The notes below the pieces were generated by a model. That model made no database searches. It worked only from the letters and a program-made list of their open reading frames with translations, and was not told the DNA's origin. 64,000 nt of DNA from the human T2T-CHM13v2.0 reference genome, Homo sapiens: assembly GCF_009914755.1 (NCBI RefSeq), contig NC_060927.1. One strand, 5' to 3'. Position numbers and translations under genes: made by a program. Below, in pieces: positions 33,104-48,796 of the stretch (the stretch's first letter is position 1; every line of letters begins with the position of its first letter).

Positions 33104-33707
33104 CCACAGTACTATTCGTTAAGTTGCCAGTGACCTCAAACCAAGGTAAGAGAATAATTAAACAATGACAACCCAATGTTTGAAGAGAAAACAGAAAATT
33201 ACTGAACTATCTAATTGTCTTTCCTATGATATTAGATACATTCTTTAGAAGTAAAGCAATTGACAACTATAGTTTCTGTCCCTATTTTTATTGAAGTATG
33301 GCATAGAAGATCATTTTCTTCTCACTCAGCTTTGATCACTAAATTGTTATAAGCCCTTGGGTAGTTGACAACACTTAATTCAGACAGAGCCACAATGCGT
33401 GGCACAAAGTGTACAAACTTTAAAATTGAAGAGACCTGGGCCTCAGTTTTGATATTGCCCCTTCACTGTTGGTTCTGTCACTTATTTAATCCCTCATTTA
33501 ATTTTTATCTCATCATCTGACACATCATCTATGTGTCAGGCATTGTCTGAGAAGTGGAGAGCTATAGAAATTAATCACATAATATTTTCCCCTAAGGAAG
33601 TTATATTTAGTGGTAGACATAGTCAAGCAACAGATAAATCTATAAAATACGACTATTAAAACCCACAAAATGAGAGTGCCGTGAAGATTAAGGATTAAGT
33701 AAGATAA

Positions 33708-34007
<300 letters not shown>

Positions 34008-35076
34008 TTAGTGAGATGACATATATAAGGAACGTGACACTGTATCTAGCCTGCAATATACATGCAACGCATTTCTTTTTTAAAAAATTCAATTACAATT
34101 TTTTTCAGTGCTAAATAAGTTAATGCCACTGTGCTGGGGATTGAACAATAAGACAATAAGAACAGGATAAAAAAGATTGCAATAGTAAAAGACTTGATGA
34201 AACTGGCTGTTATGGAAGTGTAGTTTACCCTTCAGAAGATTTACATAAATTTCTCCAGTAGAGCTCACTCATGCAAATTTCAGAGGAAAGAAGGCAGGCT
34301 ATGGGGTAACCCAGACTTAGAAATTATTCTGACAGGCATGATAAACTTTCAAAAGATTAAGAGGAGTAAGCAAGGGAAAGATTAAATTGCTAGACCCTTG
34401 AGTCCAAACTACTGAACCTTGACAGAAAGGCAAGAGAAATCAGAAGAAGGTGACAAGCTATCAAGAGAAAGAGGGACTGATGGATGAGGTCACAGATGGA
34501 GGGAGGAGCATTTTCAGTGCTCAGAGGGAAAATGAACAATAACAAAGGGCAGAAGTTTGTAATCAGAAAAAGGGAACTCATGATCTTGAGATATAAATTA
34601 TAAACGTCTTAAGTGGCCCCAAGCATAGTCATATTAGTGGCTGGCTGTGGAAAACATGAGATGTGCCACTCAGGCTCCCCTTTTCAAGAAAAGATTCGCT
34701 ACCCAGCTTTAAGAAGTGTAGTTAACTGACAGATTCCAGCTGTTAGCTCCTTAAAAACCTGCTCTGCATTGGAGCTGAGGTTGTACTCTTAGTTGGGTGG
34801 TCCTCAGTCAATAACTGAACAAGGCAGTGGGTACAAGGAGCTAGCCATTCCCATCCAATGTGGACTCCTGAAACTGTCCGCCTCTGCAGAGATGCTCCCT
34901 ACTGGACTAGCAGAGAAAGCATCGTACTCTGACAACTCCCCTTCTCAGTCCTGCCTATTTCTCTTTTCTTTTACAGGTGTAAATTCCCCCAAACACTTCT
35001 GATACTCCTAACTCTATCTCACCATCTGCTTCCCAAAGAACCACCTGTAGAATTTTAGTTCTGTCATATACATTAT

Positions 35077-37292
<2,216 letters not shown>

Positions 37293-37651
37293 ATTATCTC
37301 ATTTTATCCTTATAATAATCCAGGTGATACAGATAGTAAGAGCACCCATGCTTCACTTTACCAATGGAAAATCAGAAATCCAGAACACTTCAGTAACCTC
37401 ACTGTGCTTACACACCTAGTTTGTGTCAAAGCTGCATTAGAACCTTCCTCCAAATCTTTTCTGAGCCCAGAGAGTTATTTACCTGGGGGATATTAAAAGG
37501 AATAATGAGTGACAGCAACAAGTGCTAAAAGAAGCCACAGTTGGGTATCTGCCAAGCTTTGTAGAACTGACATGAGATTGAAAAGTAAAAACACTGTAGT
37601 AGAGAAAAGCAATCAAGAGAAGGATTATAAATGATAAAAATTATTTGTATT

Positions 37652-37940
37652 GGCCGGGCATGGTGGCTTATGCCTGTAATCCAAGTATTTTGGGAGGCCA
37701 AGGCAGGCAGATCACCTGAGGTCAGGATTTCAAGACCAGCCTGGTCAACATGGTGAAACCCCGTCTCTACAAAAACACAAAAAATTAGCCGAGCATAATG
37801 GTGGGTGCTTGTAACCTCCAGCTACTCAGGAGGTTGAAGGAGGAGAATTGCTTGAACCCAGGAGGCAGAGGTTGCAGTGAGCTGAGATCACTCCAGCCTG
37901 GGCGACAGAACAAGACTCCGTCTCAAAAAAAAAAAAAAAA
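37652..37940 (+). mobile_element. AluS
   Basis: TSD aaaaattatttgtat. Confidence 0.88.
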
Positions 37941-38269
37941 TTATTTGTATCTTGCTCTCATTTTAAGAGAGTATATGGTTTGTGTATGTTTGTGTATCCT
38001 TTTGTGTATGTTTAGGACAATTTTAATAAAGTTAATAAGAATCTTTCAGGTGTTCCTTTGCCACTGGTGGATCAGACCAGAGTTAAGTACTTTCCAAATC
38101 CAAGGGAAAAACTACAATTCCTTTTTGAAATCACAATGGCTATTTTACCATAAACAAGGTAATTTACAAATAACTGTTTCTTTGTTGAAACCTGCTGATC
38201 ACTTATTTTCCTTTTCTTTCCTTCTTCTTTTTTCTTTTGAAATAATAATTCACAAAACAAATTCCTAGT

Positions 38270-38572
<303 letters not shown>

Positions 38573-39083
38573 TAGTCTTTAAATAAAACCTGAAAAATAT
38601 GGAAAGAATAAAGAAGACAATGAACATCACTTAAAATGTCCCTGCTGTATTTTGGCTTTGGATCTTTCTATTCTTTTACCTGTGTATACATATATGTATG
38701 TATATTCATTCCCTTATCCTAACCTTAACACCACACCATGCCCCTAGGTCTGAAAGTCGTAATTATAATTCAACCCAGGAAATGTATGCAACTCGAAGGC
38801 TCCTATATTGACAGGTAATGAAGGCAGTCTTTATTAAAAGTCCACCTCTTACTCCCAAAATGAATTGGCAATATGAAACTTCTTAAATCTCTTCTTGGAT
38901 CTTACAGGATTAGGCCCCAAATTTAGTTCTTCCATGTTTATTTTTGTTAATAAATCCTTAGGAGCAACTCCTGTGGCCCTTGCTTGAAGGAAAAGCACCT
39001 GACATGTGAATTGGATGACTTTTGACAACGGAAGACAGGGCCATCCTTGAGTATTGGATCATGGAGGCTCCCAATTCCCCTAC

Positions 39084-39358
39084 CTGTGAGTTGAATTCGG
39101 AAGCCACATTGAGCAGAACTGAATTTCTGAAATGAATCTGAGTGAGAATAAACCTCCCTAGCAATGTCAGACACCAGGACAAACCAGGTTTGGGGAGCAA
39201 GTCTTTAAACAAGAACCATATCTGACTGACTCTATCCAGTGGGGACACATCCCAGGGCAGAATCCCATTTGCTTGAAGTCCAGTATTGGGATAGTGAATC
39301 TTTCTCCTCTTAAAAGTTACTGATGCAGTGGCATATGGCTGGCAGACTTCAGTACTTG
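39084..39358 (-). other. Candidate exon with a stop-free frame between a canonical acceptor and donor
   Basis: ggtattcttttag|CA AGT ... TCA CAG|gtaggg; 91 open codons, and the frame stays open to 38958. Confidence 0.35.
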
Positions 39359-41342
39359 CTAAAAGAATACCTCATGTGTTTATGTCACACAAACCAGTAT
39401 GTCTGGACAATGTTACAAATGTAGCTAAGCCACAGAAATAGTTTTCTATACAATATTTTAAAATTTGAGATGGTAAAAGGATAGGAATATAAAACCAGAA
39501 GTACATAATACTTGAAAGCAGCTGGTAAAATACAACAGGTGTCCGCAGATTCAAAAGCTATTCTTGGTAAAAAGACTCCTAAACAGTCTTCCTAAAATTG
39601 CATTATTTTCTAAGCTGCCCCTGACAGATCCCAGGGTCGTTTAAGGGACATAAGGAGCTTGGCAGCCAACTTGCTCCAATGGCTCCCCACTGGAGTTACA
39701 TGAGTGCCACCTAGTGACACTTGTTAAAGCTGAAGGGGGCCCGGATAGACCATCTAGCTCAATTTACCTCATCTGAGGAAACTGAGGCCCCGATATCAGA
39801 GATAACTTAAACAGGGCCACACATCTACCTGGCTAGTGGCTGAGCTAAGGCTAGGAATCAGGCGTCTTGCTTCATGGTTCCCTCAACTGGAGATAATCTC
39901 TGGAGTTTGGGAGTCGGGAGTCCTGCCTACTGCACTGTGCCAGAAAATAAAGCCTAAACCTTTCAGGGCCTCAGGTTACCCAGGCATTAAACTCATAAAA
40001 TAGTATTTGTTTCAAGTCTTTGAGACACATGAGTGTCAGAGAACAGAACCTAAAAGTTGGTAAAAGTGCCCATAGGCATTTAGTCTGCTTTCCTCCACGG
40101 TGAGTGACTGCCCCTGAAACAGGTGTACAAGTAATCACATTATTTCCTACAACCAAGGTCCAAAGTCATCAACCTTAATTCAGGGGCAATGCATCAGTTA
40201 TAGCCTTTTTAGCACCTTCTGCAGGTCTGACACCATCTTAGAGATCAGTTGTAATAAAAGTATCATTGGAACCACTCAAGTTTTGATTTCCAGAAGTCAG
40301 ATGTTCTGCAGTTCTCCAGTTCGAGTTTCTATTTCAAGATTAGTCTAGGCCAGTGGTCCTCAATGCTGCCTGCACATTAGCACTGCCTAAGAAACTTTTA
40401 AAACTCACCTGTGCTTGTGTCTGACCCTAGACCAGCAGAATCAGAATTCCCGGGGGTGACGTTCCCACATCGTTTTATGTGTGTATGTTTTTAAGTTCCT
40501 TGGATTATTCCAATGCTAAGAGGATTGAAAAACATAGTGCTGGGCTGAGCTTGTGCTAAGAAAGAGAAAGAAGAGATAAATGTAGGAAAGGTGGGAGGTA
40601 GATAAGACCATTCCCTCTAAATCCTGGAACAGAACTTGGTCTGTACTCAAGTGCTCAATAAATGATTGCTGAAACTTGTCCAATGTGAGGTGGTATGATG
40701 AGAATGAAGGAGTTCACAATCTATTCATGATTTTAGGATTCTTTATAGCCTCACATAAGAAACATTTACAAAGAACCACAAGTAAACTTAAAAGTAGGAG
40801 AAGCCGGTAGACATGTCCATGTAGATCAAGAAGAAATGTTTTAAAACCTGAACACTATTCAAGTCTACATTACTCTCTGCTTTCCTTCTCCTTTCCCATT
40901 TTTAACTTCTTGATTCCTCCATTCAACTCACATATTATGTATCTACAGACACATATGATAAAGGGACCGGCTATATTCCAAAAGGCTTTGCTGTCATTCT
41001 CTGAGGAAGAGACAACTGAGCTGAGCACTGAAGTAAGAGTAGGAGGTAACTAGATGCTATGTGTACATATGTTGGGGCCCAAAGGTGTGCAGGGCTGGGT
41101 GATCTTTCAAGACAGAAGAGACAGCAAAGGCCACATGTTGGGAAAGAGTATGGCTTATTCAAAGAACACAGAGGAGACCAGTATAAGGGAAAGAAGAACA
41201 TGGTGTGGAAAGGGACTGGAATGTCCAGGAGGGCCTTGTCCATTTGCTTTCATATACATACATACCATGTACCACCATACCATGTACATACCAAATAGGC
41301 TGAAGACAAATGGGCTTTCTCTCTGCTGACAGATTATCACAG

Positions 41343-41414
41343 AATGCTTTGAAAATATTAATACTTTTTAAAATAATAAATGCTTTGAAAATATTAATAC
41401 TTTTTAAAATAATA
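41343..41414. repeat. Perfect 36-bp tandem duplication
   Basis: aatgctttgaaaatattaatactttttaaaataata x2. Confidence 0.95.
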
Positions 41415-42903
41415 ATGTTTTTTATGGCAACATTATTGTTATAGTAATAATGGGTTGGAAATGGAGATACAGGAGTTACCAGATTATAAGTGAGAATTAA
41501 CAACAGAGAATTTATTATTGTCCAGAAAAAAAGTGTGAGCAAAATTATAGAGAATAAATTATTTATCCAAACTTTTGGATGCTTTTGTATCTGTAGTCAC
41601 TTTTATGTTCATGATATCCTAAGAATTCTTTTTGTTTACTTTTGTATTTTCCTTATGTAAATTTGAGATGTGAAAATGACAATGACAAGCTGTACAATTT
41701 AGCTTGGGTATTAGAGAAATCAGCTTGTAAATAACATATCCAGATAAATTGTAATATATACCTATATTTTTAACACAAATTGTCAAAAGCGTATATCATA
41801 TAATTCCATCCAATTACCTTAGATGATTCCTTGCTAACTATTTTATTTGGCAACACATATATATACCAAAAAGGAAGGGTGAATACAAGTGTATAAGGCA
41901 AATGGAGATAAATTATACATCAAGAATAGCACTGCCATTGTCTGAAGGATACTATTTTCAGATTGTGTCTGTATGTGTGTGCGTGTCCTTAGAGCTGTTA
42001 GTTCATGAAACAGCAGGAAGTTCAGTTTTAAAAACTAAGGCTAGTTCCAGCTAACATATTGTTTACTATCCCTATTTCCAACCAGGAATTACTCAACCCC
42101 AATAAAAGCCTTTTGCCTGGAACATTTGGGAACAAAATTGGAATGAGCAAAGGGTTAAACAGACTCCCACATTAAAGCACAAACATCTCAAACCTAAGAA
42201 TGGGTCAATCCCTATCCAAATGTTTATTTTGGGTCCATCTATAAAACCTATTTAGAGTCAACTTCAATTAGAGAAGATGACTACTAGAAGGATAATGCAG
42301 AAACAGAGTTTCCAGCTTTTTTTTTTTTTATCAGTTTGCTCAACATTTTAAAATGAATTAAAAGCAGATGTTGAAATTGCTGCCAACTGTTCACTTGTCA
42401 TCTGTGAATGGGAATTAACTGGGTTTTGTTCATCATTCAATCAAATGTTAAGCTTCAGTAGTTTAAAGAGCCTGGGAATGCAGGTCCTGATGGGATTTTA
42501 AAACGACAAACAACTGAAGTAATTTTGATAAGTGTGAAACCATTTGTCCTTGTAAGATAAAAAGGGAAATTCTTGGGAAAGTTTAGAATTCTGAAACTCT
42601 CACACAATAGCTGCAGAAACAAAAATCAATATTTTGTTATTTAACAAGAACTCTTAAGCACTATCTATATGTTCTGCCCTGCATTTGGTGCACTGGAGGC
42701 TACAGGGGAACTTAAAAATAGTTGTCATTCTCAGAGTTAAAGAATATAAGATGCTGTAGTGCCCAGATGAGAGTGCCTGTTGATGGTCCTAAACTAGGTC
42801 AGAGGCGACAGAATGTAAGAAGGGCTGAGATGATATGAGCAGGAATCTCAGGGGAAAGTTTCACTGAACAATGAAGAATGTGTAGGATTTAATATTACTT
42901 CAT

Positions 42904-43428
42904 GTGGCAGCCAGCCTCTGAGATGGCCCCCAGTGATTCTTGTCTTTGGGTATTCAAGTCTTTGTTGTGGTTCCTTCCCACATTGAATAAGGCTTACCAA
43001 TAAGATATTGCAGAATTTACGACTTCTGAGGGTAGGTAATAAAAAAAATGTTGTAGCTTCAATCTTGGTCTCTGTTGAACTCTTACTCTGCGGGAAGCCA
43101 GCCACTATGTCAAGAGGATGTTCAAGCAGCCCATGGAGAGGCTCATTTGGGGAGTATCTGAGGCCTCCTGCTAACAGTCAACACCAACTCATCAGGCATG
43201 TGAGTGAGCCACCACGGAACTGGATCCTCCAGCCCCACTGAAGCCTTTAGATGACTGCATGACTGCAACCCTGGCCAACATCTTGCCTCTGACCTCAAGA
43301 GACCCTAAGCCAGAACATCTAGCTAAGCTGCTTCTAGATTCCTGATGCACAGAAATTATGAGTTAAGTGTTTATTGCTTTAAGACATTGAGTTTTGGGGT
43401 AATTTGTTGTGCAGCAGTAGATTAAAAC
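42904..43428 (+). mobile_element. MLT1-type solo LTR
   Basis: Starts tgtggcagccagcctc; ends ggggtaatttgttgtgcagcagtaga..aca. Confidence 0.75.
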
Positions 43429-44089
43429 ATCTTACTAGGTCTTTGTCTTTATCTAAGAATGCACGAAAGTCAAGAAAAGGCTGCACGAATATGGAATAAA
43501 TGATCAAGAGCTATGTTATTTCTCCATCTCTTTTTAACAAATGCTAAAATAATATTACAATGAAAACTGAATTAAATTCTACTCACATAACAACTATGAC
43601 TATGCAGATGAGTTCATAATCCTTACCTGTCCCTGAACCCAACCAGCCATTTCTATATAGGTGAATAGCTTAATCCATTACAAAAGTACTACAAAAAATT
43701 CCCTAGTTCATTTTACAAATATTTATGGAGATTCTACTATGTGTCATAGGCATGGTACAAATTAAGTACATGTAATACAGTATAAATTACATAATTATAT
43801 GGCTCAGAACACCAAATAATAAATGAAAAATCTTTTTATGTTCTCTATAATTTAATTTAAAACTAAGACATTTTAATTTTCTTGTTATAAGAAATACGCT
43901 TTGATTTTATCCAAGGATAATATGAAATAATACACCTTCCCATTTGGATGTGGGAACTACAATTAGATGCACAAATGCAAGCAGGGGACGCACTCCAAGA
44001 TTTCATAATGAAATCTTCTCTAGTTCTTGAAAAGCATTTTTGTTTTGTTTTAAGCAGAGGTCCATTATTAGAATTTAACAAATTCTACT

Positions 44090-44362
44090 TGAGGGAGTGA
44101 GGCCCTGTCTCAGAAAAATAAAAATAAAATAATAATAAAGAAAAATGGTTTGGCCAACATGGCAAAACCCCGTCTCTACTAAAAATACAAAAATCAGCCG
44201 GCCGTGGTGGCACACGCCTGTGGTCCTGGCTACTTGGGAGGCTGAGACGGGAGAATCACTTGAACTTAGGAAGCAGAGGTTGCAGTGAACTGAGATCATG
44301 CCACTGTACTCCAGCCTGGGTGAGAGTGAGATTCTGTCTCAAAAAAAAAAAAAAAAAAAAAA
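44090..44362 (+). mobile_element. Alu 3' stub followed by a 5'-truncated AluS
   Basis: Alu end plus A tail, then ggccaacatggc.. through poly(A). Confidence 0.75.
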
Positions 44363-45539
44363 ATCCGCCAGAAGACACTATCGCTAAACAATTTTGGTTG
44401 AAATCTTGTCCCCAATGGGTTATACATCACTAAGATATTGACCCTATCTAGAACTGGCTCCCTAATTTGTGAGGCCTAGTGCAAAATTAAAACCAGTGGC
44501 TCCTTGTTCCCAAATTATTAAGAATTTCAAGATGGCAACACCAGAGCATGAAATCAAGCACAGAGTTCTTCTAAGCATGTGGTCTCATGCTATTGCATAG
44601 ACTACATGCCCATGAAGCTGGCTCTGGCTCCATTAAAGAACATAGAAGTCAGAACTTTCCACTTTATTTTGACAGAATAAAGAACTGTTTAAAAATGTCA
44701 AGTGACATATTTTTAATGGGAAAATATTTTACCAGAGACTATAAAGCAGTTGCTGATTTAATTATACTCAAAATGAATCATAATTGAGGACTAGAATCTT
44801 CTTAACCAGTGAGCAACTGCTTCTCATGTCAATGACTGAATAGGTTTTAAAACCATTTTCTGAAAAGTTTCTGAAAATCTACTGGCAACAATTGAAGGGA
44901 CCCAGGGGAGGTCCTGAATATTAGAATGGTAATGTGACCTAGATTCACGTCTTTTATTCTTTTTGATAGAGGGCATCTACAGTCTCATTCTATGTTAAAA
45001 GAAATGTTCCCTAACAGAGAACTGAACATTACAGAGATCCGGGCCTTGGAAGTGGGTGCAGTACCATGCAGATCTGTATTATTTCCCTTTAGGGAAGAGA
45101 GTGAACATGTTTTTGGTTGTAAATGAGATAGCTGTACTGTTTTGTATCTATTTAAAACAAATAGTTTTTGAAACTATGAAACATTTTAGATACCTAAGTA
45201 TAGACTCTATAAAGAACACTGGCCACCTATGTGGCCACCTTGGGGCCCTTAATAAATATTTAAAAATTCATGGAAACTCCTCCCTTTCCCTGAATGTAAC
45301 TGCCATTCCGAGTTTTCTATATATCATTCTCCTGCATTTTAAACTCATATGGATCTATTTTAAATATATTGTCTTTTAAACACCAACTATAAATGATACC
45401 ATACTTTACCTATCCGTCTGCAATCTGTTTTGCTCATTTAACAGCGTATTTTTCAGATGTATCCATATTGTTACATGCAGTTCTACTTCATCACTGTTGT
45501 TTTCAGGGCTTGCAAAAGCGTTTCTTTAGGTCCATCCTC

Positions 45540-46950
45540 CTGAGCGTGTGCTCACCCCAAGGCCCCGGCGGTGGCCAAGTGTCCGCCCATGCGGTGTAAA
45601 GGGGAAGTGGAACGCGTAGAGAAGGATTTTGGCAGCTCTGCTTGCCTGGAATTCCAGTCCTAGAATTCTAAATTCGGACTTGATCTTCCAGACTGTTAGG
45701 AAGATATATTTAAGGTAGGAGGCTAGAACGTATCTCCTTTAGTATATAGCTTCATTTACAACTTTTAAATATTCAGTCAAAAAGTATGTGGGCCTTCATT
45801 TACACTTTTGACGGGGCCTCACAAATAGGGGTGGTCTGCCCCTTTCCTTACGTCCCACTCTTTCTTCAAATTAAATTGCTACAGCAGGAAATTACTGAAC
45901 TGTGGCTCTTCTCCTACGTCCGCCTTCCCTATGTCAATTCCCATTTCCCTTGCTTTCTCCAATAGTTAGGACTGTAAATTCTAACTTTGTTAATTTCGAC
46001 GCCAAGCTGGAATGAAGACGCTAAGTGGACGCTAAAAAGACACGCTGTTTGTCACACAAGGCCTCCAACTGGGACGGCGTCCACCGCGCCCCGCCCCGCC
46101 CGCGGCACCGTGGCATCTTGGGACATGTAGTCTTTGGAGGGGCAGCTGCCTCCACCAAGTCTCCTCCCCCAAGACGCTGCCTTTCGGCCTCGGGACGCCG
46201 TGACGTTGCGTTCCTCCAGTCCCTTGCCACCTCCCTCTTTCTTCCCCTCTGGGGAAGCTCAGTGCTGGACTTCCGAAGACCTTTTACGACATTGAGTCTC
46301 GGAGTTGGTCTCAGCGCCGGATCCACTTTTCGGCAAAGTGACGTGGACGTCAACAGCAATGGCGGAAGGAGAAGATGTGCCGCCGCTGCCAACGTCGAGC
46401 GGCGACGGCTGGTGAGTGAAAGCCGGGGCTAATTTCCAATGCCCCTTTATTCTTCCTTCTCACCATCTTGCCGGTCCCCGAGGAGCCGTCTGGCGTCGGC
46501 ATGGAACGGAGAGGCCGGTCCTAGGCGAAGTCCGGTGCCCTGCCCTACCCCTCTGCCAGCTGGGTGCCCCCTGCCTGCCTGGTTCTGCCCAAGGGACTGG
46601 GGCGGGACTCCCAAGGAGAGGGGTGTCATCCAGGTGCTGGGCCTCAGAACGGTCCTCCTGTGTCGTCTGTCAGTCTCCAAAGTGTGCTGGAGTGGGTGGC
46701 TTCAGGGCTGGGTTTGGCCGGAGTCCTGGCTGTGGGAGTTGGAGTAGGCTGAAGAAGGAAGTTTGTTGGATGCAGATCTGAGTCACTAAAATACAATGTG
46801 AAGAAAAGACGTTTTGAAATGACCACTGCGACCTTCGCCTGAGGGTTCAGAGGTTGACCCGAGGAGAATCCCTCCCACTTAGTTGGTATACTTTTTTTTA
46901 TTCTGGCTGTTATCTCGTTTTGCATTCCAACAGTTTTCATCGTTCGTCTC
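45540..46950. promoter_or_regulatory. TBC1D23: CpG-island promoter of TBC1D23
   Basis: High CpG density; GC boxes 46084-46104; ZNF143/THAP11-type ACTACAnnTCCCA motif on the minus strand 46112-46132; TGACG sites at 46201 and 46339-46352. Confidence 0.88.
46359..46411 (+). CDS. TBC1D23: TBC1D23 coding exon 1 (MAEGEDVPPLPTSSGDG+TG); intron 1 starts at 46412 and exon 2 is not in the window
   Basis: Kozak gcaATGG; donor TG|gtgagt; peptide recognised as the TBC1D23 N-terminus. Confidence 0.92.
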
Positions 46951-47781
46951 CTTCACGCAAGTCATCTTTTCCCCTACTACCACATTTCTCACAGCTCGAT
47001 TTCTGACTTTGGATGCAGTGTGGGACTTTGCTCTTACTGCACCCAAGCTGTTGCATGCTTACCTGATTTATACTCGGGATTGTGGGGGAAGACCGCCAAT
47101 AATTTTTTGGTAAACTGCTCACCCAGTGTTAATCTTTGGGAAAGGCTTCTACTTTTGAAATAGTTGATCTCACGATACACTGTTAGGTTGTACAACATCA
47201 TTTTTTAAAAAGGGACCTTTAGAGGCTTGTCTAAATTTTACAGTTGATCTAAGTGTATTGACCACATGTATTAGTTTTGGATTTGCTTGTTCGTTATATT
47301 GTATGTGTACAGCTCATGGGCACTTTAAAAATAATACAGGACATTGATAGACATCGACTTTAATCCCAGAGGAAAAAAATGGAAATCGTTGAAAGGGATA
47401 GATAATTAGTAATTAAGAAATTCAGCTCTCCATTAGCAGACATCAAACATTACCGTAGCGCTGGGCTCTCCAAGGTGTCAGAGGAAAACTTCATGGTGAT
47501 CTAGATATAGTTTTTTTTTCTTCAACTTGCTTATGTTGGAGTTGGGAAGGTGTAACAAGGTAAAATTAATCTTATTCTTTGTGAGTGTGATTCAAAGTGT
47601 TACGAGAGGTTGGCGGTGGGGGCTGGGGCAGTTGGAGTCACTGGGGGAAAGCTTCATGAAAGCAGCAGTGTTTCAACTAGGCTTTGAAGAATAAGTAGGA
47701 TTTAAGCCCCAGGGCTGTCTAATAGAAGCCACATATTGTAATTTAAAATTATGTAGTAGCAGCATTTAAAACTGAAAAGAA

Positions 47782-48124
<343 letters not shown>

Positions 48125-48346
48125 CTATTTAACATATTTCAACATGTAATCATTGTTTAAAAAATTAGATAATTGTACATCTTTTTTGTGCCAAGTCTTC
48201 AAAATCCAAGGTGCATTTTACAGCTACCTTATATTTCAATTTGGTCTAGCCACATTTCAGATATTAAATATCCACACATGGCTTGGAGCTAACATATTAG
48301 TGCAGAATCAGATTAAGAGATGGGAAAGGCCTCTGAATGGAGTAAC

Positions 48347-48796
48347 TTTCATGCGCGTCCGTGTGAAGAGACCACCAAACAGACTTTGTGTGAGCAATAA
48401 AGCTTTTAATCACCTGGGTGCAGGCGGGCTGAGTCCGAAAAGAGAGTCAGCGAAGGGAGATAAGGGCGGGGCCGTTTTATAGGATTTGGGTAGATAAAGG
48501 AAAATTACAGTCGAAGGGGAGTTGTTCTCTGGCGGGCAGAGTGGGTGTCCCAAGGTGCTCAGTGGGGGAGCTTTTTGAGCCAGGATGAGCCAGGAAAAGG
48601 ACTTTCACAAGGTAATGTCATCAGTTAAGGCAAGGACCGGCCATTTACGCTTCTTTTCTGGTAGAATGTCATCAGTTAAGGCGGGGCAGGGCATATTCAC
48701 TTCTTTTGTGATTCTTCAGTTACTTCAGGCCATCTGGGCGTATACGTGCAAGTCACAGGGGATGCGATGGCTTGGCTTGGGCTCAGAGGCCTGACA
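48347..48796 (-). mobile_element. Solo LTR7 (HERV-H)
   Basis: Reverse complement runs TGTCAGGCCTCTGAGCCCAAGCC...GACGCGCATGAAA, 450 bp; 5-bp TSD gtaac. Confidence 0.93.

Noticed and set aside
46021-46781. Overlapping 100-135 aa ORFs
   Set aside because: Stop-poor CpG island; the real coding part is the 53-nt TBC1D23 exon in another frame
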